A stretch of 60,314 nucleotides of DNA, counting the filler, from Sphacelaria rigidula (lineage: Eukaryota), in the NCBI GenBank assembly GCA_964200075.2. It is 7 parts of 7 records of this genome, joined end to end, with 100 filler letters (N's around TTAATTAATTAA, not from the genome) between each part and the next. Parts side by side here need not be neighbours in the genome. Positions count along the whole stretch, not along the records: positions 34,525 to 43,054 come from CAXNAA020010872.1; positions 43,155 to 51,684 come from CAXNAA020010873.1; 5 more parts are not named here. One strand, written 5' to 3'. The notes below the pieces were generated by a model. The model saw nothing but the letters and a program-made list of their open reading frames with translations, was not told the DNA's origin and searched no databases. A program made the position numbers and the translations under genes. This document shows positions 35,725 through 47,871 of the stretch, piece by piece; positions within the stretch are counted from its first letter, which is position 1; each line of letters starts with the position of its first letter.

Positions 35725-38445
35725 GCACCGAATGAGAACAACAGCATTTTTGAGCCGAACAGTAACAGCAGCATATTGTATCGGATCAATACATGCACTC
35801 CATTGTACCGAACCGTAGCAACAAGATGATTGCACCGAACCGAAGCAACAGCAAAATGGCACCGAACCGAAACATGCACCGAATTGCACCGAACAGAAAC
35901 ATCATAATGGCATTGAACCGGAACAACAGATGATTGCACCAAAACGAAACATTCATCCTGTTACATAGAACCGAAACATGCACTGAATTGCACCGAACAG
36001 AAACATCATAATGGCACCGAACTGGAACAACGAATGATTGCACCGAAACGAAATATTTATCCAGTTACATCGAACCGAAACATGCACCGCAATGTGCCGA
36101 ACAGAAAAATCATAATGGCATCGAACCGGAACATGTGCCGAGTTGCACTGAACCGAAACAGGCATCGAATCGCACCAAACCGAAGCAACAGCAAAGTGGC
36201 ACCGAACCGAAACATGCACTGAAATGTGCCGAACAGAAACATCGTAATGGCATCGAACCGAAACATGTGCTGAATTGCACCGAACCGAAACATGAACCGA
36301 AATGTGTCGAACAGGAACAACAGCACGAATATGCACCGAAATTGTACCGAACAGAAACATCATGATGACACCGAACCGGAACAACGTATGATTGTACCGA
36401 AACGAAACATTCATCCAGTCACATCGAACCGGAACATGCGCCGAGTTGCACCGAACTGAAACATGCATCGAATCGCACCAAACCGAAGCAACAACAAAAT
36501 GGCACCGAACCGAAACATGTACTGGAATGTGCCGATCAGAAACATCGTAATGGCATCGAACCGAAACATGTGCCGAATTGCACCGAACCGAAACATCATA
36601 ATGACACCGAACCGGAACAAAGGATTATTGCACCGAAACGAAACATTCATCCAGTCACATCGAACCGGAACATGTGCCGAGTTACACCGAACCGAAACAT
36701 GCACCGAATCGCACCAAACCGAAGCAACAACAAAATGGCACCGAACCGAAACATGGACTGGAATGTGCTGAACAGAAACGTCATATTGGCATCGAACCGA
36801 CACATGAACCGAAATGTGCCGAACAGGAACAACAGCACGAATATGCAACGAAATGTGTCGAACAGAAACATCATAATGGCACCGAACCGGAACAACGTAT
36901 GATTGCACCGAAACGAAACATATATCCAGTTACATCGAACCGAAACATGCGCCGAAATTGAACCAAACCGAAACATGCAGAGAAATTGCGCCGAACCGAA
37001 ACATGCACTGAAATGTGCCGAACGGAAACATCATAACGGCACCGAACCGGAACATGTGCCGAATTGCACCGAACCGAAACATGTACCGAATTGTGCCGAA
37101 CAGAAACATTATAATGGCACCGAACCGGAACAATGAATGATTACACCGGAACGAAACATTCATCCAGTTAAATCGAACCAATACATGCACCGAAATGTGC
37201 CGAACAGAAAAATCATAATGGCATCGAACCGAAACATGTGCCCAGTTGCACCCAACGGAAACATGCATCGAATCGCACCGAACGGAAACATGCACCGAAA
37301 TGTGCCGAACAGAAACATCATACTGGCACCGAACCGGAACAACATATGATTGCACCGAAACGAAACATATATCCAGTTACATCGAACCGAAACATGCGCC
37401 GAAATTGAACCAAACCGAAACATGCACAGAAAATGCGCCGAACCGAAACATGCACTGAAATGTGCCGAACAGATACATCATAATGGCACCGAACCGGAAC
37501 ATGTGCCGTACTGCACCGAACCGAAACATGTACCGAATTGTGCCGAACAGAAACATTATAATGGCACCGAACCGGAACATGTGCCCAGTTGCACCGAACG
37601 GAAACATTCATCCAGTTAAATCGAACCAATACATGTACCGAAACGTGACATGTAAACATCATGATGGCACCGAACTGAAACATTTACCGAAATGTGCCGA
37701 ACAGAAACATCATAATGGCATGGAACCGGAACATGTGCCCAGTTGCACCGAACGGAAAGATGCATCGAATCGCACCGAACCGAAACATGCACCGAAATGT
37801 GCCGAACAGAAACATCATGATGGCACCGAACCGGAACATGTGCCGAATTGCACCGAACCGAAACATGTACCGAAATGTGCCGAGCAGATACATCATAATG
37901 GCATCGAACCGGAACATGTGCCCAGTTGCACCGAACGGAAACATGCATCGAATCGCACCGAACGGAAACATGCACCGAATTGCACCGAACCGAAACATGC
38001 ACCGAAATGTGCCGAAGCAAAACATGCACTGAAATGTGCCGAACAGGAACATCATAATGGCACCGAACGGAAACATGCATCGAATCGCACCGAACGGAAA
38101 CATGCACCGAATCGCACCGAACGGAAACATGCACCGAAATGTGCCGAACAGAAACATCATGATGACACCGAACCGGAACATGTGCCGAATTGCACCGAAC
38201 CGAAACATGTACCGACATGTGCCGAGCAGAAACATCATAATGGCATGGAACCGGAACATGTGCCCAGTTGCACCGAACGGAAACATGCATCGAATCGCAC
38301 CGAACGGAAACATGCACCGAATTGCACCGAACCGAAACATGCACCAAAATGTGCCGAAGCAAAACATGCACTGAAATGTGCCGAACAGGAACATCATAAT
38401 GGCATCGAACCGAAACATGTGGCGAATTGCACCGAACCGGAACAA
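35725..38445. repeat. Intronic modular satellite, about 100 units of 24-27 bp
   Basis: 17-bp core gcaccgaaccgaaacat followed by 7-10-bp linkers. Confidence 0.95.
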
Positions 38446-39290
38446 GCTTAAACAGACGACACCAGGGAGCTCGACCTCTCACTCAAACGTCGGGGCATGC
38501 GGACGTTGCTTCCTACTCCAACAAAGGCCGCGGTACCGCGGACGGTCATCAAGCAGAAATGGTCCTTTGTTTTTGCTGTCATGTTTCCCCCCCGGAATAG
38601 AGGGAATAGGGTCGACATACGGCCATATTTGGGCCGACTGATTTTTTCCGGCGGCCCACCCACGTATGGTATGTAGCGGTGCGCAGAAAAGAAACAATAA
38701 GAGTTTCAATGATAGAAACGCCCACGTCTTTCAAAAACATGATCACCCAACGCATCGGACACGGTCATGGCTCGTGTAAACACAACCGACTTTACTAATG
38801 AGACGGAGTACGGACGTTATTTCCGTCGTTCCAAACATGGCGCCGTGGGTAGCCGAAGAACACGTGTTCGGCAGGATTTGACGCCTTGCAGGAGTGCTGA
38901 TATAATCTGCGACACATTTTTTTTTTCTTCAGCGAGTGTTTCAGTTTTAGTTTTATTGTGTCTTGGGTACGTCTATCATGCGAGCACAATGGCTGGATCG
39001 TTGGGGAGTCAGTTCAAGTGCGACAATCGATCAATTAATCAAATCAACCAAAATGTACGGCGTATAGCGGGACGATGATGGGTTGATCCCGAGCGATCAT
39101 GACGGATTCGGAGTCGTCCGGAGGAAGGGAACGGGGTCGGTTGAAACTTGGACGAGAGAAAAGCAAGAAAGGAAAAAAGAAAATGTGAACGTGAACCAGT
39201 CAGTCGTTTTACTGTTGGCTGGTACTGATTCCTCTGCCATCTTTTTATTGGATCACGTCGTGTGTCGCCTCGATGATCTTCCCTCTCTAG

Positions 39291-39429
39291 AAATAAATTG
39301 AAAGGCGCCACGGCCATGCTAAACATGTTCTCCGGTGGAGGATCCAAATCTTCAGCGCAAGCAGACGCCGAGTTCGAAGAGGATAGGGACAGGCTCCGCG
39401 ATTTCCAGTTCAAGATGCTCGAGTTACAG
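39291..39429 (+). CDS. GET3: GET3/ArsA ATPase, exon B (absent from the ORF track)
   Basis: Acceptor ccctctctag in phase 2; NKLKGATAMLNMFSGGG...DRLRDFQFKMLELQ; donor CAG|gtgatt (phase 0). Confidence 0.88.
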
Positions 39430-39648
39430 GTGATTTGACGCTTAGCTCACGAGAGGTTTCGAGTCGTTGACATCGCGTGTACAGCCATGATCTCTGTCCA
39501 AGTTGAACCCCGTCGGGCGTCGGGTGACTCAAGTCTGCCAGCCATTCACAGTCATTTTTCACTACATAATTCACTACAAAGGTCGCATTTCAGTGGCACT
39601 AGATTCCGCCGATTCCTTACTGAAGGGCCTCTGATTCGTTGAATTTTC

Positions 39649-39790
39649 CACGGTTAGAACAAATAATGATTTGTCAGGAAATTACTTGGTTTTAGTATAA
39701 TAAGTTGACTCGTGANNNNNNNNNNGGCAACCAGGCAGAAGAAATCGTGGATTTGGTGATTTTGAGTCGTGATGATTTGTCCTAACCGTG
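39649..39790. mobile_element. hAT-like MITE copy (contains an internal N gap)
   Basis: Perfect 8-bp TSD gaattttc at 39641-39648 and 39791-39798. Confidence 0.8.
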
Positions 39791-40322
39791 GAATTTTCCA
39801 TCTCACTACAGGAACCTACCCCCATGCATGGGCGTTGTGCCCGTATTCGGGTGTACATCGGTTATGGGGCACTGGATACAGTAGATGAAGGAGTAAGCCG
39901 AACACACGCCGAGCAAGAGATGAGTTACATCGGCAAAATGTGTACGAACTATGTACAGTACCGCATATTGCGTCTTTTGTAAAAAGACAATATATTCGAT
40001 GCTGTACGTAGCATCCTTTGTGCCAATGCTGTCTAATGGTCATTATCCAGTGTGTGTGAAGTCGAACCACCGTCGCGGCCCGATGGTCCAATGGTACAAC
40101 TGACGCCCTACATTGGGTTGGGTAAAATGTTGGTTAGTTTCCCGTCAGATGCGTTGAGTTTGGATTTTTGCTGTGAAACAGCCACAGCCTGGACAACGAC
40201 AATATTGATATATTAGTGTCAAAAAGTATACTGCGTACAGTATCGACTTTTGCGTCTATTGCAATAGATGATAGATTCCATACTGTACGCAGTACACTTT
40301 TTGACAATGCAATCTTGCCGCC

Positions 40323-40590
40323 GCGCCCCGGGGGTGTAATGGTCGGACCGTTGCCATTAAGGTGGAGAGAACGAGGGTTCGATTCCCGATGTGTAGGGTT
40401 TTTCTTCGTAGTATGTGATTTCCACCGTGGAAAGCGTGAGAACATGAGTAAAAAAGGTAGTCGACTGGGTTTGTTTGACGTGAGTTGATGCGGTGCGGGA
40501 GTGCTGATCCAATCCGCTATTATAGACCAAAATTTAAGGCGTATATTGGGGAGAGATGTGTTCATCCCTTGAGATTACGGACTCGTCCTG
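40323..40590 (+). mobile_element. tRNA-derived SINE family 2
   Basis: A-box-like ggtgtaatgg and B box ggttcgattcc; homologous to 51368-51619. Confidence 0.75.
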
Positions 40591-41672
40591 ACGAAGGGGG
40601 GGGGGGGGTTCGAAGTGCGGCAAAAAAACTGTTGTCATATATCCCGCGACAAGACATCAGTATCGTGGCAAAAGTAGTTTGTTTGGCTGAGTTCGATTGA
40701 CGAAGCTCGACGCCGTGCTGTAGAAGTGCTGGCCCAATTCGCGATACTCTACCAAAATGCAAGGCGTGTACAGTACCGGGGGAGAGATGGACGGCTCCAT
40801 CCCTTTGAAACAGACCATAGACTCGTCCCGAGGAAGGGGAGGGGTCGAGAATGAGAACGAAAAAGACAAGAAAAAAAAAAAAGTGCTACGAGTAGGTGAA
40901 CAATATATACATATACTTTCCCCTTGTTTAGAGACAAAAAATAAACCAAGCAACCGAAATCCAAACATCTATTACATATAATCCGTATCGTATCATTTCC
41001 CCGCTCGTTGGTATATACTAATTTTTCATGTAATTTGTTTGTTGAATAATGTATTTATACATGCGTAGGTCAGGGGTCTGGGGACAAGTGTATGCTGCCA
41101 TTGAAAGTAGTGCCCGCTTTTGTTCCGGAAGGAGGTATGAAGTAGAATTGATGAGCTACATGAGCGCTTTTATGTCGACATCGTTGAATCCAAAATCCAA
41201 AATTACAGGGCTCTATGTCAGTACCAAAAGCTTGGAAGTGTTACTACTGTTTGGTTCCTAACGGCCAGCTTCTCCGCGCACCTATGCCAAATCTCGCTCT
41301 ATATATACATACATATATGGTATCAAATACGTTCATCTTATCCCCCCTGCCCTTCACGGGATGGATCCGTAGTGTCACGGGATGAACCCATCTATCTCTC
41401 CCCCGGTGCCTGCCTGGCTGGCATTTTTTATATCGTCACATTTTCAACCCCTCCCAACCCTTGGGGACGAACCTGTGACCTTAAGAGATACAACCCATCT
41501 CTCCCCCAGTATGCAATACGCGAATCAGAATTGTTGACGGTGGGATGCCACATTCCTCTACAGCATCCCCTGTAATGTTTACGAGAAATGGAAGAGCGTC
41601 GTGACCGACACGATTTTTCCTCGCTTTTTTTTTGTGTGCGTGTGCGTGTGTCTTTGCTTTTTGGGGGAACAG

Positions 41673-41777
41673 GATCTGTTCCGAAATCCAGACAAGAGCG
41701 AGTTCGTTGTGGTAACGATTCCGACCATCCTGGCTGTCGCCGAGACAGAGCGCCTGGTACAACAGCTGAAGGAGCAG
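41673..41777 (+). CDS. GET3: GET3/ArsA ATPase, exon C
   Basis: DLFRNPDKSEFVVVTIPTILAVAETERLVQQLKEQ; phase-0 acceptor aacag and donor CAG|gtacga. Confidence 0.92.
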
Positions 41778-43054
41778 GTACGAAGCTGTGTGGGTCAAAC
41801 GTGAGGGAGGGAAAGGAGGGGGGGATTCAAATTGATGGGAAGAGAAGACATGACCCGTGTTGCATCCCACGGGGGATGACTAACGCCTCTTTTGAGGAGG
41901 TGCACGGGAGAAAACATGGGTCAGCAGGGGCTTTTTTCTCCCGGGAAATGATGGAAGCCGACTGATGTCACGGTAGCCCCCCCCCCCAAAAAAAAAAAAA
42001 GTCAGCCCCGGCAATGGCCCAAAAAAAAAGGGGAGAGAGCGGGTGGTGGCGGGGGGCGAAACTGTCTCGAAAAAAATGGTCATACAGCGCATGATAGCTG
42101 GTGTCGGGCTGCATGAAGCGCTTCATATGGGTGACATTGGCGAGAACGATTGCAAGCGTGGGAGTTCTCAGCTGCTCGGTGTGCTTGACTTTAGTCATCT
42201 TCATGTACATTTACATTTTGCCTCTTCAAATCAGTCACTTTTCTGCGAGGGGGGGGGGGAGGGAAGCACTGCCGCGGGATCAGTCAGCCACATTTTGGGA
42301 CGCGTTGGGGGGTTGAGACACAGATGGGCACACCTTTCGAAAACGTTGTCGACACAAACATGTTGATGATACATGGACAAAACAATCAGAAATCCTGTGG
42401 CCTTGTGCTCAAGCGCGTGTATCATGGTCTCTTTCAATTTCGATTCGCTGCTGCTTCAGCGCCGCCGCAGAGAGCCGTTGGTTTGGCCAATTGCACGTGC
42501 ATATATATCCGTGTGGGTTGCTTTGGTTGAAGCTCGTTGATAATAGATACATCCCGTATACCACAAACGCTTGCGAGAGAGAGGGATATACAAATAGCTG
42601 TGAAATATATGTTGTTGTCCTACTGTTGTGCTGTTGCTGTGCACCATCTACACTGCACATTCTTGGGCACGACTTTTCGCCACGAAGAGAGAAGATGCCT
42701 CGCTCAAGGTTGTGTTGTTTACTTGCCTACAGTCAGGGCAGTCCGTCTTTCCATAGCGGCGTTTCGCTTCCACTGCTTCCATGGTTTATATCGCCGGCGC
42801 TCAAGCGTTGCCGTCTCTTTCAAGAGGGGGGTGGGGCTGTGACACGTGTACAGCGATCCCAGCTCCGGTGGAAGCTGTGATTGCGGGTACGCAGGGCACA
42901 GACCGGAGCCGAGTATAATTTTTCAATGGGACCAAATTGACTGCATCATTGCTCCATCGGCAGGATTTGTTTTTGTCGCCCCCCCCCCCCCCCCCCCCCC
43001 CCCTCTCTTTTCCCCTCTACCGTTTTTCCCTCGTGGCGGTCCGGCGGGGGGGGC

Positions 43055-43154
43055 NNNNNNNNNNNNNNNNNNNNNNNNNNNNNNNNNNNNNNNNNNNNTT
43101 AATTAATTAANNNNNNNNNNNNNNNNNNNNNNNNNNNNNNNNNNNNNNNNNNNN
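43055..43154. other. Artificial contig linker
   Basis: 44N-TTAATTAATTAA-44N. Confidence 0.98.
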
Positions 43155-43696
43155 TATATTCATTGATTGACCGCTTTTCACTCTCAATCGTATCATCTAC
43201 TCTCAATCTCACGAAAATGCTGTTGCTCATCTATGGATACTGCTGATTGGGAACTCACATGCTGATAGCATGATATTATATCTACAAGCAGCTCGCTTAC
43301 TCAGTACACCCGGGGTGCAGCCATAGGAGCAGAGCGTAGTGATGGTGCCAGAGTATCAGAACTAGGTCAGCAACCAAGGCAGAGCCAAAAACGGATCGGA
43401 GGTGGGTCGGGGTGGCATCTGGCCACGCCGGAACAGTCCTGACTAATGACAATAACGAACGCGGTAACAACGCGTCTTGGAACCCAGGGTCTACGAGCAG
43501 ACCCGCACATCGTGATATCTTGCAACACCATTGAGCTTCATCACATCCGTCCGATCCTACTCCTTCCTCGCATGTTTTGTGCACATCCACGCGGTGTGCA
43601 GCCTCCTCCCTTCCTGTCTAGGCTGTGGATGCTGCGCTCTCCGCCCCGGTGCCCATTCCGGGGCGTTTGGGTTCAACGTCATGTACTACCACCAAA

Positions 43697-43957
43697 AAGT
43701 GATGCTACGGTAGGGGTGCACAACTATTTTCTGAGGTTAGAATTGGTAGGAGCCCTTCATCTCATCCACGACACGGCTTAATTATGAAATATGTGAGAGA
43801 ACGTCAGGATTACTATTCCAACGTGCTAGGGATATCCCGAATGGATTTACAAACGGGGATGCCCTGACCCCATATTCTTGCGATCTAGAACCGTTGAGAG
43901 CCCCTGGACCAGACAATATTTTGTGCAAAAAAGTGCACCCCCACTGTATTATTGCTC
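43697..43957. mobile_element. Sola2-like MITE copy
   Basis: Homologous to 16236-16486; flanks caaa/caga. Confidence 0.7.
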
Positions 43958-44445
43958 CAGAGATTAAACGGTGTGAGATACTGTATCCCTATCCCACGAC
44001 CACGGTAATTGCCACCAACCGAACTCGGGATCTCCGCTAGGGCCAAATATTTTCGACACTGTTTTTTCAGGGATGTAAGACTTGAACGAATCGACTTGAC
44101 TGTTTCCGAATCTTCATGTTTGGGAAGTCCGGAAAATTTGGACCGCGACGCGGCACTGCAGAGAGCTGCCCTGTGAGTAAGCAGTGGCGTGCAAGCATTC
44201 GAGAGTCATCACGTAGCTTGCCAGTCCGAAAAATTTAGAATCTCCGAAAAAATGGTGTCGATAGTAGTGGATCTGATACGAGGTTTGTGCTCGCCTCTCC
44301 TCGGCTTGGCCATCTTTTCACGTGGTTGAATTCCACGGAGGGATCTCGGCCAATCCCACGAGAGGGGCAGTTCAGGGGTGTAATGGGTGAGAGGACCGCG
44401 TGCTTAGAGGACCGCATCTAATTTGAATACCCTTATGGTTAGGGT

Positions 44446-44732
44446 TGTTGGTAAACTCGTGACTTCTGGAGACAAAGATATGTTGTATTTTTGAGACCTT
44501 GGTCCGGAGAGACGGGCTGGGAAAGTGGAGTGAGCACGGTAGGCGAACTCATGTCCTCTACAACCAAGAAACTCGGACCAACGCACTCCCTTAGGTACCA
44601 CAAAAACCTCGGATTGTTCCCCGCACCACAAATACCATGCTCGGACTAATGCAGTATCCACAAAGAGTATTCCTACATGAGCAACAGAAACGACCGCGAA
44701 CGTTCTCCGCAATCCTCAAATATGTGGTAGCT
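44446..44732 (-). repeat. Copia 3' LTR (truncated)
   Basis: About 7-8 differences from 49536-49823 by eye. Confidence 0.92.
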
Positions 44733-45750
44733 GTTTCCAGAAGATACTTCAGAATCTTCTGGGCTGCCTTCCAGTGGCTCTTCTTTGGCTCGTGAGAGTG
44801 CCTCGCCACCGCCCGCACAGCATTCGACATGTCGGGCCTTGTCTGGTTGGCGATCCATATCAGGCTCCCCACCACCTCTCGGAACGGCACATCTCCTGCC
44901 CCCTCATCCTCCATCAAGGACCTGTTATCGTTGACAAGGGAAGCAGGGATCGAGCTGGTGCGACAAATATTAAATACCTCGAGAGCACTCCTAATGTAAC
45001 TTTCTTGAGAAACCTCAATCGTGCCAGCCTCGCGGTCGCGAATAAATGTGCAACCGAGAAAGAACTTGACCTCACCCAAATTCTTCGTAGGAAGAGAGTC
45101 GCCTAGCGATTTCACTACCACCTTGGCAAGACTCTTGGTTCCTGCATACAGAATGTTATCCACGTGAATCGCGACCATACCTACCACCTCGTCTCCCATG
45201 ATGAAACGCAGGACACAGGGGTCAGACAGAGACTGCTGGAAACCAATCATTTTCGGGTCCGACACTGGCCTCTTGTAGAATGTTCTAGGTGCCTGCTTCA
45301 ATCCGTACAAATGTTTGTTCAAACGGACAACCTTTCCTGATATCGAACCGCAGCCAGGAGGCAACTTCATGGCCACCGCGTGATCCAATTCCGACTGAAC
45401 AAACGCTTGCTCAATATCCCACTGTAGTAATTCCAAGTTGTACTTGCACACCAACGCTACTGGCAATCGCATCGATGCAGCATTTGCAGCAGGCGAAAAA
45501 GTCTCAAGATAGTCCACATCATACTTCTGCTTGAAGCCCTTCGCTATAAGCCTAGCCTTCGCCTTCACTATCTTCCGTGTTTCGTCTGCTTTCTATTTGA
45601 AAACCCATCTAGCATCAATCACATTACAGCGTACTGGGATCTTTACTGCTAACGTGAACGTTCCTGCTCTTATCAAGCCTTCAACTTCTGCAGACATGGC
45701 TCCATCCCAAATCTTTGCTTGCTTCAATTGCAGGGCTTCTTGATAGCTAC
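44733..45750 (-). pseudogene. Copia reverse transcriptase
   Basis: RWVFK, KAKARLIAKGFKQ, DIEQAF, LYGLKQAPR, IHVDNI (degenerate YVDD) and TRPDMS. Confidence 0.95.
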
Positions 45751-46321
45751 CAGGCTCTGACTCAACATTCTGAACGAGTTTTTTCGGCAATTCCACGGCG
45801 TCACCTGCTCTCTCTTCCGCCAAGAGTGCATACGTTATCTCTGATGCGGAGATGGGTCCTAGGGTGGCCACAAGGCCAGACACGCTCTGCTGATTAACTG
45901 CACGGGTTTGCGCACGAGTTTTACCTTCTCTTACTTCATCATTCTCACGCGCAGCAGTATTAAAATCAGCAACATCAGCAACATGCCGCAGACGACGATC
46001 GGCTGGAGGGGGTGCCTCCGCCTCTACTTCCTGCTCTCCCGACATAATCGACTCTGCATCACCATGCCCTCCCGGCCCAATCAACTTTACCTCATCATCC
46101 CCTCCCGGATCCACCGTCTCTACTTCCCCTGTCTCAAGTGCTGGAGAAGACACAGAGGGAGCCGTTATACTAGAGGAGTTGTTCACGGGCAAAAACGGTA
46201 CAGAGGGGGAAGGTGGAACAGGAGGGGACTGGCCTACACTGCCTGCATCAACACTGCCAATCTCATCGATTCCTGCACCATAGGGTAACACTGCATCACG
46301 ATTCACACGAATACTAATGTG

Positions 46322-47360
46322 TTAAGTTTGCCTTCCTGCGAGCGGCCAAACTTCAGCTTCTACATCGTCGTCACTTTCCCCCCCTCCCTCCTCCGCGATC
46401 TCAATCGGCAGAGGAGGTTGCGGTGGAGAGAGCTGTGACGGCAACGCCTTCAACGTCACATCTCTCGTTTCCTGAATAGTCCCAGCCCTCGTAAGTACTC
46501 TATGACAATCACGCGGGTGGTCTCTCAAAGGACCGACATAAGAGCAACTCTCACCTTTCAGTAGCAGCTTAGACGGTCGCTGCCACCTGCAGTAAGCCGG
46601 CTTCGAAAACAGATACGGTCTAGCAGGACGAGGTTCTCCATACCACATCTCATACGGCGACTTAGAGTCAGGGTTAGCAGAGCATGCTGTGGTGTGGGGG
46701 GTAAGTGCCTCGCAAGCCTAATGCGTTGCCTCAGCTCAGAGTCTGTCAGTCTTAGATAACTGCACATGCCCAAACAGAACTTTCGCCTGAATACGAGCCG
46801 CCATAGCGGCCTCCTCAATCAATCCCAATCCACGCTCTGCAACACCCTTATATTGGGGACTGTAAGCTGGAGTGAACTCTTGTTTGATCAAAAGCTCATT
46901 GCACACGGATGCAAACTCCCCCCCGAAAAACTCCCCTCCATTGTCAGATCTAGCAATCTCAACCAATGATGGGATTCCATCCGCACGCACCCTAGCAAGA
47001 AAACTTCGGAAAGCACTCCCAGCGCCTGATTTACTTCTGTGGAAATACATCCATGCACGCCTTATGAAATCTTCCTCCACAATCATGGGGTAGTCTTTAC
47101 CCCCTACAGATACAACGTCCTTCCTCCCTCCCAGGTCAGCAAAAACTCTGCCCAACGTTTTTATCCGATCTACGTTTAGTTTCATGAGCAATTCACTTCC
47201 TAATAGCCTTCGACATCGAACATCCCGTACAAGCATGCATGTCACCGGTCAACTCGGTACCTAGTCGTTTTGCAGTAGTACGAAGTAATCCCTCGTGTGA
47301 ATGAGCATAAATGTTATGGAACTCGTTCACATCCATCTTTTTTTCATGCTTGGGGTTTGA
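46322..47360 (-). pseudogene. Copia integrase with GAG-pre-integrase zinc finger
   Basis: H..YAH...CTGC, VFADLGG, RSDNGGEF and TPAYSPQYKGVAER. Confidence 0.92.
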
Positions 47361-47578
47361 AGGAGTGAGGGCAGCCAACACCGAACCAACAGAGTCGTCT
47401 CCCAGACGATCCGTAGTCGCAATTAGCATGCCATCGAACTTCTGAAAAGTAACATGTCCGTCGTAAGTAGTCATCACATCATCAGGACCACCAAGACCAT
47501 TCCATGACCTGCCATCAAAACCTGCGCTGGTGGAAAAGCCGTTATATCCTAAGTTTGGAGAGTACAACACGTTCTCCC

Positions 47579-47871
47579 CACGGGTGGCCACTGGGGTCTG
47601 TAACCTGGCCATTTTGGGACCTTATCCACCTTTGGGAAGGTCCACGGGTTGGGTAGACAACTGAGGAGCATTCGCACAGCATGGACAGGATCGAAACAAA
47701 ACATGTCCCAGTCTATAGGCGGGTGGATCCCCTGTAGACTGGGACATGTTTTGTTTCGAAGCTGTCCATACTGTGCGAATGCTCTTCAGTTGTCCACCTA
47801 ATCCGTGGACCTTACCAAATGTGGATAAGATCTCAAAAAGGCCAGGTTACAGACCCCAGTGGCCACCCGTG
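47579..47871. mobile_element. 293-bp near-perfect palindromic MITE with CAC...GTG ends and a 2-bp TSD
   Basis: cc|cacgggtggcca ... tggccacccgtg|cc; removing it restores the Copia reading frame. Confidence 0.88.

Noticed and set aside
35725..38445. CRISPR-like array
   Set aside because: The linkers are only 7-10 bp and are reused rather than unique. There are no cas genes, and the array lies in a eukaryotic intron.
37462..38482. 329-, 288- and 253-aa Cys/His-rich ORFs as genes
   Set aside because: They are explained by stop-poor 24/27-bp units open on both strands at once, with no clear splice sites or unique flanking coding sequence.
26089..41777. Functional linkage between the phosphatase and GET3 genes
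   Set aside because: They lie on different contigs separated by an artificial linker.
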